Source of the DNA: Phoronis australis
Taxonomy: Eukaryota > Animalia > Phoronida
Length of the DNA stretch: 64,000 bases
NCBI GenBank assembly: GCA_002633005.1
Contig: NMRA01000020.1
Location: 1,093,717 to 1,157,716, forward strand
Direction: 5' to 3'
The notes under the pieces are model-generated. The model made no database searches. It saw nothing but the letters and a program-made list of their open reading frames with translations, and had not been told where the DNA came from. The stretch's first letter is position 1, and every line of letters begins with the position of its first letter. Positions 55,401-64,000 of the stretch are shown one piece after another. The position numbers were made by a program, and so were the translations under genes.

Positions 55401-58179
55401 TTACAGTCAAGTGCCCCATCCCCCTGGGTTCAAAACAGATGTTGTGAATGAAACACAGAAAAATTAGCTTCAGTAGAAACTAATTGCGGTGCAAATAAGT
55501 TTGCGAATCAAGTACAAGTGGGTCATTTCAATATGAATACATGATGGAGTTGTAAGGCTGCAGAATGAAAAATAAGTTTTCTTACACTATTTGGTATGCT
55601 TCTACACTAAGGATCTAATAAAACAAAAAATTCATGCCTGTCTAAAATGATGTCTTTGATCCACATTTTAACTACTGACTTACCTGGATTTTGCCTAGAC
55701 ACTCTGAATTTCTTTAGAAGTAGCCAGCAGATATGTTTACACAAGTCTTTCTCTTTAGTATAGACAGGACATGTACAGGTGTGTGGATCACCAAGGAAAA
55801 CCTAGACAAAAGTCCAATCTGATTACAGCACAGCCATCAACTATATTTATCATACTACTTTCTAAGGGAGGGTGGAAGTTATATAGGATTAGGAACCATT
55901 TTACACTGCTAAATGCAAGGTGGCTTGCAATTGTCCTTTTTTCATTTTCAATGAGTTTTCTATGCTGTGACAGAAAAGGTTTTCAAACAAAAGGTTAAAT
56001 GCATAAGACAATCAAGCTAGTCCACGGCTGTTGAAACATTTGGCCTCGATTTGGAAATCGCTGTTTCCTGGAGTTGAAAGCAAATGGGAGGTTTTTGTAA
56101 TGGATATTTGATGATGAAGCTTGAGGACTATGCTACAGTGTTGTATTTTGTTCACCTGAATTCCTTTAGAAGCACTGAAGATAGCACATGGGAGATAATT
56201 GAGAAGGCACATACTGAATGCTGCATTTTGTCGCTGTTGAACTGTCAAATTGAATTCTTAACTAAAGAGCTTTGAGATTTAAAAGCACCACGCAACCCTC
56301 ATCGGATCGTAGACTGTTACCGAATAAGCCACCAACCCAAGTCACAGGCAATGCATACATGCGCCATAAATTTCAAATTCATAATTTTAAGCTTAACCAA
56401 TGGGTCAATAACCTCTGAAGCCTTTTACTAAGTTGAGAAATGGTTTCAGTGTTTTAGTTGGTAACATAAATAGAATCCTATCACAGTAAAGAGTTTACGA
56501 GGACGATTTAATGAGAGTAAAAGCTATCATTCAATTTTTGCTATTTAGACAGCTGAACATGGTAAAATGAAACTTGAGTAAGCCCTACCTTAGCCTAGTA
56601 ATCACTACGTAACCTTAGCCTAGTAATCACTACCTTAGCCTAGTAATCACTTACACCAGAGTTTTACACCTACTACCCTCATGTTTTCATGCTCTACTGC
56701 CATACCACTACCTTATATCATGCTCAGGAAGAAACTAAATACAGATTATTACATGGCAAAGTCATTATCCCCCGTTATCTAGAGCCCGAGTGGACTTTAG
56801 AGAATTACTGCCCGAGGGGCGTTAGCCCTGAGGGTGATAAATCTACAAAATCCATAATGACTGAGAACATGTATTTATACCACATACTAAGTGAGAAACA
56901 TTGCAATGACTCGATTTACCTTTTTCAACTCGCCTCGGCTTTATAACTACTTTCTATGTCAGAGGCCCAGGGTCGGAGGTCATGACCTTTTAAGAAAAGC
57001 TGAGCTATTTCTGTCAAATAATGCTTTTACTCAAAACCAATTGAAAATTTAAACAGAATAGAAATAAAGTGAATCTATAAATTAAGCTTTAGCAACTATT
57101 ATAGCTCACGTACTACACATTTTATCACGCTAAAATATCATCTACAACTACTAACTGACTATAATGCTCAAATCAAAGGATCCTGATGACACGATACCCA
57201 CATTCAAATTGGAAATCAGTGATTTACAAGTGAGAGAACACAGGAGAAAAATTTCACTGAATTAAAATATCATTTGTATGGAAATTATGCGTCTTATTTT
57301 TCATAGCGTATGAACGTCAATACAATGCCATTTGCTGAACACGCGATCGTTGCGCGTGCTCATTCAAGTATTCTATTTTCACGTTCAATGATGTCAGCCG
57401 CTGAGTGGTGCAGAGGTAAAGTCGGCGACTCGAAACTCTTGAGGCCCGGATTCGAAACCGGCCTCGGTTTCCCGCCAAAATGTTATCTCACCAGTGAGAA
57501 AACTAAATGGGTTATTACACGGTTGTGTTTGCCCTGCGACGCTGATTTTGTGGTATAATGTACTCTTTTAATCTTTTTGTTAAATCTTTGAAATTGCAGA
57601 TTCAACAGTATTCGTGAGTGCAAATGTCTTGAGAAGCCAGCAATGAACATCTGGCAGTCTAGGCCATATTGCAAGAGCCATTAACGTCCACAGCAGCACC
57701 CCAAAATTACACACCAACTGCATTTTGTTTAGTCTTAAACATGACTTGGAGGATTTAAACATGGAACAACGTGTATCAGACATGGTGCACCACATTTCAG
57801 TATGCATGCATTGAAGACATCTCAATTTTGATAAACCATAATTGCTCTTATCAATGATAAAAACAATTGATAAGCTTGTGGTTATGCTGATTGTCTTACC
57901 AGTCAGTGGGAAACCCAACAGCCAGTTTTCTTACCAACCTCATATCATGAATTGCAGCTTCTCAATAACTCACTCTAAATGTTTGCTTGAAAATTCAAAT
58001 ATACTTGAACTAAGGGATAGCATACTAACCCTGAATTTCTTGGACTCCCCTTCTTCCTTCACGAGGAATCCTGTTGGGCCAGTCTCTCGCAGGATGTATA
58101 TTGTGGCACTGAGAGCTTGGTCCTGTCTCCAGCTTACGTTGTCACTACACGTGCGCCGCCACTGGACACTACGAGCCAT
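43223..58179 (-). CDS. ZSWIM2: E3 ubiquitin-protein ligase ZSWIM2 (MEX): SWIM, RING, ZZ, RING, long low-complexity tail; 12 coding exons, ~778 aa
   Basis: Exons on - strand: 58179-58030, 55801-55684, 53711-53471, 51981-51730, 51092-51008, 50313-50186, 49499-49331, 49040-48916, 48229-48005, 46336-45816, 44973-44837, 43408-43223. GT..AG, phases consistent. SWIM CTC..LCKHICW; RING CPICQEELL..CGNSIHIKCM..CPFCR; ZZ CKRC..CASCFDFYLCQNCF; RING-H2 CCVCL..LPCRHKFHQDCIDNWL..CPVD. The last three exons are less certain. Confidence 0.9.
44837..44973 (-). CDS. ZSWIM2: ZSWIM2 exon 11 (Arg/Ser-rich)
   Basis: SEAITRKARAR..RSSSRDRS; phase 1 to 0. Confidence 0.7.
45816..46336 (-). CDS. ZSWIM2: ZSWIM2 exon 10 (Ser/Pro-rich)
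   Basis: 521-nt open exon; donor GTAAGT. Confidence 0.75.
46120..48216. repeat. ~1.05-kb tandem duplication inside ZSWIM2 joined at a single N (47150)
   Basis: 46120-47149 versus 47151-48216, highly similar with SNPs and small indels. Confidence 0.9.
48005..48229 (-). CDS. ZSWIM2: ZSWIM2 exon 9
   Basis: Open phase 2 to 2 exon ERQAALLEPS..AQERLV; AG/GTAA. Confidence 0.75.
48682..48832. mobile_element. 151-bp MITE of the same TIR family
   Basis: TA|CAGCACACATCTCCAATTTTTG...AAATTCGTGATGTGTGCTC|TA. Confidence 0.75.
48916..49040 (-). CDS. ZSWIM2: ZSWIM2 exon 8
   Basis: FHQDCIDNWLLHQRPTCPVDG. Confidence 0.85.
49331..49499 (-). CDS. ZSWIM2: ZSWIM2 exon 7
   Basis: GQQCCVCLRVYQVGQSVRRLPCRHK. Confidence 0.9.
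50186..50313 (-). CDS. ZSWIM2: ZSWIM2 exon 6
   Basis: KSNQRWR..RDITDDDYDLLLQLD. Confidence 0.88.
51008..51092 (-). CDS. ZSWIM2: ZSWIM2 exon 5 (ZZ finger)
   Basis: CASCFDFYLCQNCFNTTFHSEHSYVFRQ. Confidence 0.9.
51481..51538. repeat. (GT)n microsatellite
   Basis: Direct reading. Confidence 0.95.
51730..51981 (-). CDS. ZSWIM2: ZSWIM2 exon 4
   Basis: GCGNSIHIKCMKVWADHQ..KCPFCREDF..PIQGKCYK. Confidence 0.92.
52586..52717. repeat. 21-bp perfect minisatellite x6
   Basis: Unit GGATTTGGATTACCGGTATTA. Confidence 0.95.
52969..53030 (-). mobile_element. tRNA-derived SINE head / tRNA pseudogene fragment
   Basis: GGTGGCTAGAGC (A box), stem ATCTGC/GCAGAT, CTGGGTTCGAGTCCCAG (B box/T arm); no 5' acceptor stem. 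Confidence 0.6.
53100..53497. repeat. ~65-90-bp minisatellite derived from the ZSWIM2 exon 3 / intron 3 junction
   Basis: Unit CCCTGCACACCAGTGTC.TACTTGCAGTAGGTTACAGGCATATGTTTGGTATTCCC; the last copy overlaps the exon end at 53471. Confidence 0.85.
53471..53711 (-). CDS. ZSWIM2: ZSWIM2 exon 3
   Basis: WQLGLVEREVNE..DVCPICQEELL. Confidence 0.9.
53945..55270 (+). mobile_element. HINE-like element, same family, about 9 internal units and an intact 3' end
   Basis: Units homologous to 37480-38230; 3' subTIR TGTGGGCGCAT (55233-55243), then hairpin and CTTGTTT. Confidence 0.72.
55684..55801 (-). CDS. ZSWIM2: ZSWIM2 SWIM zinc-finger exon
   Basis: VFLGDPHTCTCPVYTKEKDLCKHICWLLLKKF; donor GTAAGT. Confidence 0.92.
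56587..56651. repeat. Short tandem repeat ACCTTAGCCTAGTAATCACT x3
   Basis: Direct reading. Confidence 0.85.
57400..57468 (+). mobile_element. tRNA-like SINE head / pseudo-tRNA
   Basis: TGGTGCAGAGG A-box-like, CCGGATTCGAAACCGG B-box hairpin, partial acceptor CTGAG/CTCGG; anticodon arm does not pair. Confidence 0.5.
58030..58179 (-). CDS. ZSWIM2: ZSWIM2 exon with conserved N-terminus
   Basis: MARSVQWRRTCSDNVSWRQDQAL..ILRETGPTGFLVKEEG; donor GTTAGT. Confidence 0.9.
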
Positions 58180-58263
58180 TTCTGGTAAGTGATCAGTGGA
58201 GATGTCGACACGCCAACTGACAGCTGTAAAAAGTGATCACCTAATAAAAGCAAAACCTGTGCT

Positions 58264-58528
58264 GGCATCATGTACGTACCCAGGAGGTGATCAGGGAGCT
58301 CAAACAAGCCTCCCCCCCATTTGGTGAAGTGGGAAAAAAGGTGTGCCTCAGAGAAACAAAAACTCTGTAAACAGTAGAAATCAAGACAAAAGCTCATGAC
58401 TAAAAAGGCAAGAACTACCAAAATTCAGCGAATGCACAATTCATAGCTCTGAACATGTACTGTATAAGGCCACATTCTCGAAAATTCAAGCCCCCCATTT
58501 TTAGGTTGGTTGCGCGCATGGGCATCAT
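58264..58528 (+). mobile_element. hAT-like MITE (copies also at ~39255-39480 + and ~6430-6603 -)
   Basis: Short imperfect TIR CATGTACGTACC / GGTTGCGCGCATG, 8-bp direct flank GGCATCAT at both ends. The body (AAGTGGG(C/A)AAAAAG..GAGACAAAAG..ATTCATAGCTCTGAAC) is shared with the other two copies. Confidence 0.65.
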
Positions 58529-59822
58529 AGAAACAAAACCAGGAAAAAATCAAATTGTGTCTACAGTTGGAAGGAATTAAATACATCGACACTCTCTTAA
58601 GATGTCCCTCTGTGCACAAAAGGTATTTATATAACAACGTGACTTTGATGTTTTAGTGGCAGTGTGAGGCATAATTTGCTGAAAAAATTCCTTTAGTCGG
58701 CTAGAGTAGAAACGGTGACCACTGGCACTGGCTACTACTGCCAGTACCAGTAGTATAGTCCAGATACCTATCATCGTCAGGCTCCAAAGGTTGTCCGCCA
58801 TCATCTTTCGCGTGCAGCGCAGCCACACGGGACATAGCATTCCAATTTGGAGTGCTTGTCTGCACGTTAGGTACTAACCTCTCGGGAGAAACGCGCATGG
58901 AAGAACTGAGACTAAAATTAATGCATTTACCGACTGTTTTTTGAGACCACTTAAAAACTTGTAGATTTTACTAATACACTTTTTTGTTCATTTTCAGAAG
59001 ATATTTTCGAAATTAAATTTTCTTCAGACAGAACAAAAAACAACTCAGGGATTGTTTATGCAATGTATCTATTTGTCCCAGGCACTAACAGACACCTGTT
59101 AGGCCAAAGGAAAAACGCAACAGACAAATGGAACATGCTGGGTGCTTAACAGTTTTGGCCCTCGCCTTGGTCATCAAAATATTGCCCACTTGTTTTTTAT
59201 TGCAAAACAAAGTACTGAGCTCAACATTTATGTTGAAAAATTTGGTTAAAGCATTTTGAATTTATTTGAAGAAAATTAAAATACTTGAATTGATAGAGAA
59301 TGGCCACCAATAAAGTAAAACATTGACTTTATTTCACTATAATGTTGCATTGTTACATACAACACAGCATGACATAATCAAAAATAAAGAAGAGATTGAG
59401 CAAATGCAACTTGGGTATTTATTTATTTATGATTGCAGAACCCTGTTAAATGTGAGAAAAAATCAAACATTACGATATTGGGTAATTTATTAGAACAATT
59501 GTATCGAGGTTCAATGATCAACTTGCACCGACAAAGTCTCAAAGGGTTACAGTTCTGTTTTGGCCGATAAGGTGTTAACAGAGAATGAAGAGAAACTGAA
59601 AAGAAAAAGAAAGACAGCAGGGATAAGTGGTATTAAGAACAACAAGAGCAAAAAGTCAAATAAAGAGGTCACAAATACAAAGTAAGTAAGGTCTATCTGG
59701 AATTGCGATTTATTTTCCACAACTGAAATTGTAAATCAATTTTAATCGATTTAAAAATCGATATCATACTAGTAAAACAGTTTGTGGTTGAAGTAGAATT
59801 TCTGTAAACCACTTTCCATTAT

Positions 59823-60645
59823 TTTCTTGGCCTTTTTCTTTGTGGTTTTCTGTTCTTTCAAAAGGCGGCAGCAAATGACGGCCAGGCATAAGACTGCATA
59901 AGAGTCATTATAGAATGTCTGCTGAAAAGCAATGCACAGTTGAACAACTCGGCATAAGTAAAAGAAAACGTTTCAATCAACGAATACTATATATTTGTCA
60001 GAGTTAAATCAAATCCTATTCATACCATAACTTTGAAGTGGAATAATTGGGTGAGTACGACACCAAGCCACAGGCGTCCTCAGCTTCTGATCGTCCCCAA
60101 TACACTACATATAATACTACAAGGTATGACACTTCGGACTTGAAATTCCACGGGTACTTCACTTCAGCCGTCCATAGCAAACATAAAACTCAATAAATTT
60201 GCACAAAACAGGGGTTCAGCAAACCATGAAGAATTGTTCTTTCTCCCAATACCATTCACGGTGTCCTGTTACGGCGACTTCGTAAGAAATTCGCAGTCAA
60301 AGAACAAAAATGTTCACAAAAAGCCCCCACACACGTTCTCCCTAGGCCCGTCGAGGTCAAGGACGGTACGGAAATTGCCGCTTGGTCGCGTAAAGTCACG
60401 ANTTTCTTGGCCTTTTTCTTTGTGGTTTTCTGTTCTTTCAAAAGGCGGCAGCAAATGACGACCATAAGACTGCATAAGAGTCATTATAGAATGTCTGCCG
60501 AAAAGCAATGCACAGTTGAACAACTCGGCATAAGTAAAAGAAAACGTTTCAATCAACGAATACTATATATTTGTCAGAGTTAAATCAAATCCTATTCATA
60601 CCATAACTTTGAAGTGGAATAATTGGGTGAGTACGACAACAAGCC
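59823..60645. repeat. ~245-bp duplication beside the single N at 60402
   Basis: 59823-~60068 versus 60403-~60645, near identical with one small indel. Confidence 0.85.
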
Positions 60646-60881
60646 GGTTTTATGATTTGATTAAGCGGACGACCATTGGGAGTTAACTTGTTTAATCCTC
60701 AGTCATACGTCTGTCGGACAAATAACATAGTCTGCTCTCAAAAATATCGAAGCTGAAAGTTTCTGAGCATGTCTGAAAACTACTTACCTTCTTATAAACA
60801 TAGTTGTCAGTTCATATTCACGTAACTTAGTGAGCACAAGCGACGAATGTTTACGACCGCCATTTTCAATCGCTAGGAAGC

Positions 60882-61006
60882 GAGCAGCGACATCTATTGA
60901 ACAGCGACATCTATTGAGCAGCGACATCTATTGAGCAGCGACATCTATTGAGCAGCGACATCTATTGAGCAGCGACATCTACTGAGCAGCGATATCTATT
61001 TAGCAG
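60882..61006. repeat. 17-bp minisatellite x7
   Basis: Unit GAGCAGCGACATCTATT, head to tail, no spacers. Confidence 0.95.
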
Positions 61007-61827
61007 TCAGGTGACACTCTTTCACCGTACGTATGTGCAGCGTACTAAGGTTGTGGAATTGTTCACATCGTTGTTTCTTATTGGTTAAATCTGGCATGAC
61101 GGCGTTCTCCCTGGCGTGCAGTGGACTTTACCACTGTGACAGGGTTGTGACTCTCAGCCTTGGATAACACACTCAGAGACCCATCGCCTCGTGACGGGCA
61201 GTGAGACTGAGGTCGGATAGAATCCCCTCGCGGGAAAGGTCCAGCTCAGCCTATACCCATGATTGACTATAAGGATGTACATGTAGATGGACAAAAACAT
61301 GGGCGGCGCACCATAATACAATTAATACAAATTTACTCTGTGAAGGACCCGAAAGGTCCGCTGACCACTGCGCAGCCACCAGTGAGAGTATAAAAATATA
61401 GTGTTACAGATAATCAGAATTACAAATCAGTAGGTGATAATGTAATTCAAAACTACTTGTAAAAAACTAGGAGAGATTATCGAAAATAGTTACTCACAAA
61501 GCAGTTGGGAATATAGTGCATTCAAGTTCAAAACTTTCAAAATGTTGAATTTATATGAGAGGAAAATTTTTTGGGAATCACTTTCAGGAAGGTTATTAGT
61601 GATATGAGGTAGGCCATTGCGAACTAAATCTTCAGCAAATGATTTAGTACAACGCGGAGTTCGGCGTTTTCTAGTGAATGTAATGTTCATGAACAGACCC
61701 ACGGGTGGCGAAAACGATTCATTTCCTTAATTATCGACAATCACAGGCTGCTGAATCTGATTCCAGGGATTGCTCTGGTTGGGTAGGCGATTATGGTGTC
61801 TTACATTCTGCCCCATCGTAATGAGCA

Positions 61828-62913
61828 CTAACGCCTGAACCAGTCGTAAATTGAGTCCAAGGCATTGATGGATAGATGTGAATCGTGGTTATCAAGAAGA
61901 ATGAGTACGGGAACATCTTTTAATGGTTTGACACTTTCAACGAAATGCAGAAGAAACAGAGTAAAGTTGTCAACTGCTATCCAGCCTGACAGATGAGCGG
62001 TTCCTTTTGAGCCAGAAGGTGCTCCATTTATAAAGTATTCCTTATAATGCTCTCGAGAATAAATCAAGAAGGGTGTGATGGTCTCACCGCTGGCCCTTAG
62101 AGTATCTGATTATCTTGATTTAGTTTTTCTCTTGTAATGTCGATCCAAGCTTAGGAAAAATTCTGAAAAAAAAACAAACAAATGATTAATTAAAACTTGG
62201 CATTTTATTTGTTCAAACCAGATGATACCCCGTAAATGTAGATCACAAACCAGACGGCTTGCTTTTAACCCGTTCTGGCTTCGCATCAGAACACTTTCAC
62301 ATTTTTAGTGCCCACTGTGTTTACATTTAAAAATAATATTTTCTGTGAATAAACCTTCAAAATGACAATGCCCTACCAAAGAAACATATTTAAGATGAGT
62401 TTGTGCAATTTCATGATGAAAACTACTCATTAGATTTCCTGGAAAATACATTTATTAATGATGTATCAAGTAAAGTGAACGAGATAAGTTCGGACCCTGG
62501 CCATACTAGCCCCATGTAAAAGGGCCCAACTTGCCCACTAGCTCTAAATGGAATACACACGTGATTACCTCATCAATCACTGAGGAATCTGATGAAACAC
62601 ATGGCCTGTCTTGAAGAGTAAGCTGTTGTTGAAACCCACGAACAAAACATTTTTACATCACTACTCACGGCTTATGGCCAGCACTGAATCGAGTGAAGCT
62701 CCAAAATTTCAACTCGCCTGGGTTAAAAACCAATCGTTGCCTGTCAGATCAAGAAAAACACTCCGCCTTCGACCAGCGTGGTTTTAGTGTAGTGGTACAA
62801 GTCGCGTGATTGCTCAAAATGACTCGGAGGCTGAAAGTGCACATGTACATGTAATAGCGGAGTTTGGGGCGATGGCCCCGAACTAGCCCCGGGGACGAAC
62901 TAGCCCGGGTCTA
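61828..62913 (-). mobile_element. Degenerate pogo/Fot1-like (DDE_1) DNA transposon
   Basis: ORF 61828-62067 GAPSGSKG..SGWI..FTLFLLHF..PVLILLDNHDSHLS is a DDE_1 transposase core fragment. Terminal-like repeats TAGACCCGGGCTAGTTCG/GGGGCTAGTT lie at 62866-62913 and 62501-62540. Confidence 0.75.
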
Positions 62914-62919
62914 TATGTA

Positions 62920-63135
62920 GGACATGGGAGGCGCAACACTGAAAAAAGTGGGGGCTAAAGCCCCTTCAGCCTCCTTGTGGTGCACCGCCTATAGACCATG
63001 TGCGGCATAGCACTGAAAAAGGTGGGGGGCTGTAGCCTCCCCAGTCCCCTATGGTGCGCTGCCCATGCAGGGAGCTGTGAGAGGGGGCGGGGGAGGGCTA
63101 TGGCCACGCACTTTTTCAGTGCTGCGCCGCCCGTG
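62920..63135. repeat. Cluster of the same palindromic MITE family
   Basis: Matches 31-172. Confidence 0.65.
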
Positions 63136-63770
63136 CAATAACATAATTATTACTACAATGATAACTAAGTTAGTGATAATTTTGAATTTACTTCCGATTC
63201 CAAACGCTTCACGTACATGTAATCATCGGGCCGTACCCGGCCAACATACTCGAGTGGTGTTTGCGTAGATGACAGCCGGGATGCGCTTGCAGACGATATA
63301 TATAGGGGAAGCTTAATGTTATTTATCGACATCGTACGCGCGTTGTGGCTACACAAAATAGTGTAGGCCTACGTGACAAGGGAGAATGTCTAAACGCAGC
63401 TAAGCGGCTATGTGGCAGCAAGAGAACTCCCAAAAAGTATTGCGGTGTGAATGCCTAAAAATCGACCAGATCGCACTAGGTTGTTGCCTGCATAATACGG
63501 TAAGTGCAAGCATTTTCAAATTTCGATTGAAAATGATCGTCACTAATACGTTGTTTACCCGGTGTCCTCTTTGATTGTGGATTGGTGGATTGTCAAACAT
63601 GCTTGTACACGTGTGTGCGTTTCCATTATTTTAAATTCAGTACACGACGACCGGGTAAGTTCACTACTTTCGTCGTCGCTCAAAAGCTAATCAAAAACCA
63701 GACATTCAATAGCCGTCTCTTCACTGAGAAAACCTCCACGAGTACGTTCACATTAGGAAATATAGGTCTA

Positions 63771-63927
63771 CAGGGGCGGATCCAGGATTTTGAGTTAGGG
63801 GGAGCCAGGGCAGAGTATTAGCCAGGATTTTGCCCGTCAGACATTCGCACCCCCGTACTGCCAAATGGAATCTAGTAGAATTTTGGGTGGCATGGCCCCC
63901 TTGGCCCCCCTCTAAATCCGCCACTTG
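63771..63927. mobile_element. MITE with CAGGGGCGGATCCAG / AAATCCGCCACTTG ends
   Basis: Inverted termini, further flanked by inverted ATAGGTCTA / TAGACCTAT. Confidence 0.55.
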
Positions 63928-64000
63928 TCTAGACCTATTAAAAACATTTTTGGTCAATGAAGAAAGTCTTCTCTTGCTAATCAGCGCCACCGGTTCACAA

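Noticed and set aside
60882-61006. CRISPR-like array
   Set aside because: Units are head to tail with no unique spacers, there are no cas genes, and the context is eukaryotic.

Overview
AT-rich animal genomic DNA, probably a lophotrochozoan such as a mollusc (inferred from repeat types and gene structure, not proven). It holds three protein-coding genes, reconstructed by hand from splice sites and phase continuity. (1) ELP2 (Elongator WD40 subunit), + strand, 20 coding exons, 7255-39737, about 811 aa; its last intron is minor-spliceosome (U12) type. (2) An intronless 553-aa RING + NHL-repeat gene lacking B-box and coiled-coil, nested on the same strand inside the 12.9-kb ELP2 intron 12 (26403-28064). 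(3) ZSWIM2/MEX (SWIM-RING-ZZ-RING E3 ligase), - strand, 12 coding exons, 58179-43223, about 778 aa, convergent with ELP2. Introns and intergenic DNA contain a 2.9-kb TA-flanked TIR element and a 151-bp MITE derivative, Helentron-associated (HINE-like) elements whose ~140-bp internal units each carry a CTCF-like motif, RTE and L1/Tx1 LINE relics, a pogo-type DDE relic, hAT-like MITEs, tRNA-derived SINE heads and several minisatellites. One minisatellite is built from a ZSWIM2 exon/intron junction. Two duplications abut single N bases and are probably uncollapsed haplotypes. No CRISPR array, rRNA or intact tRNA was found.
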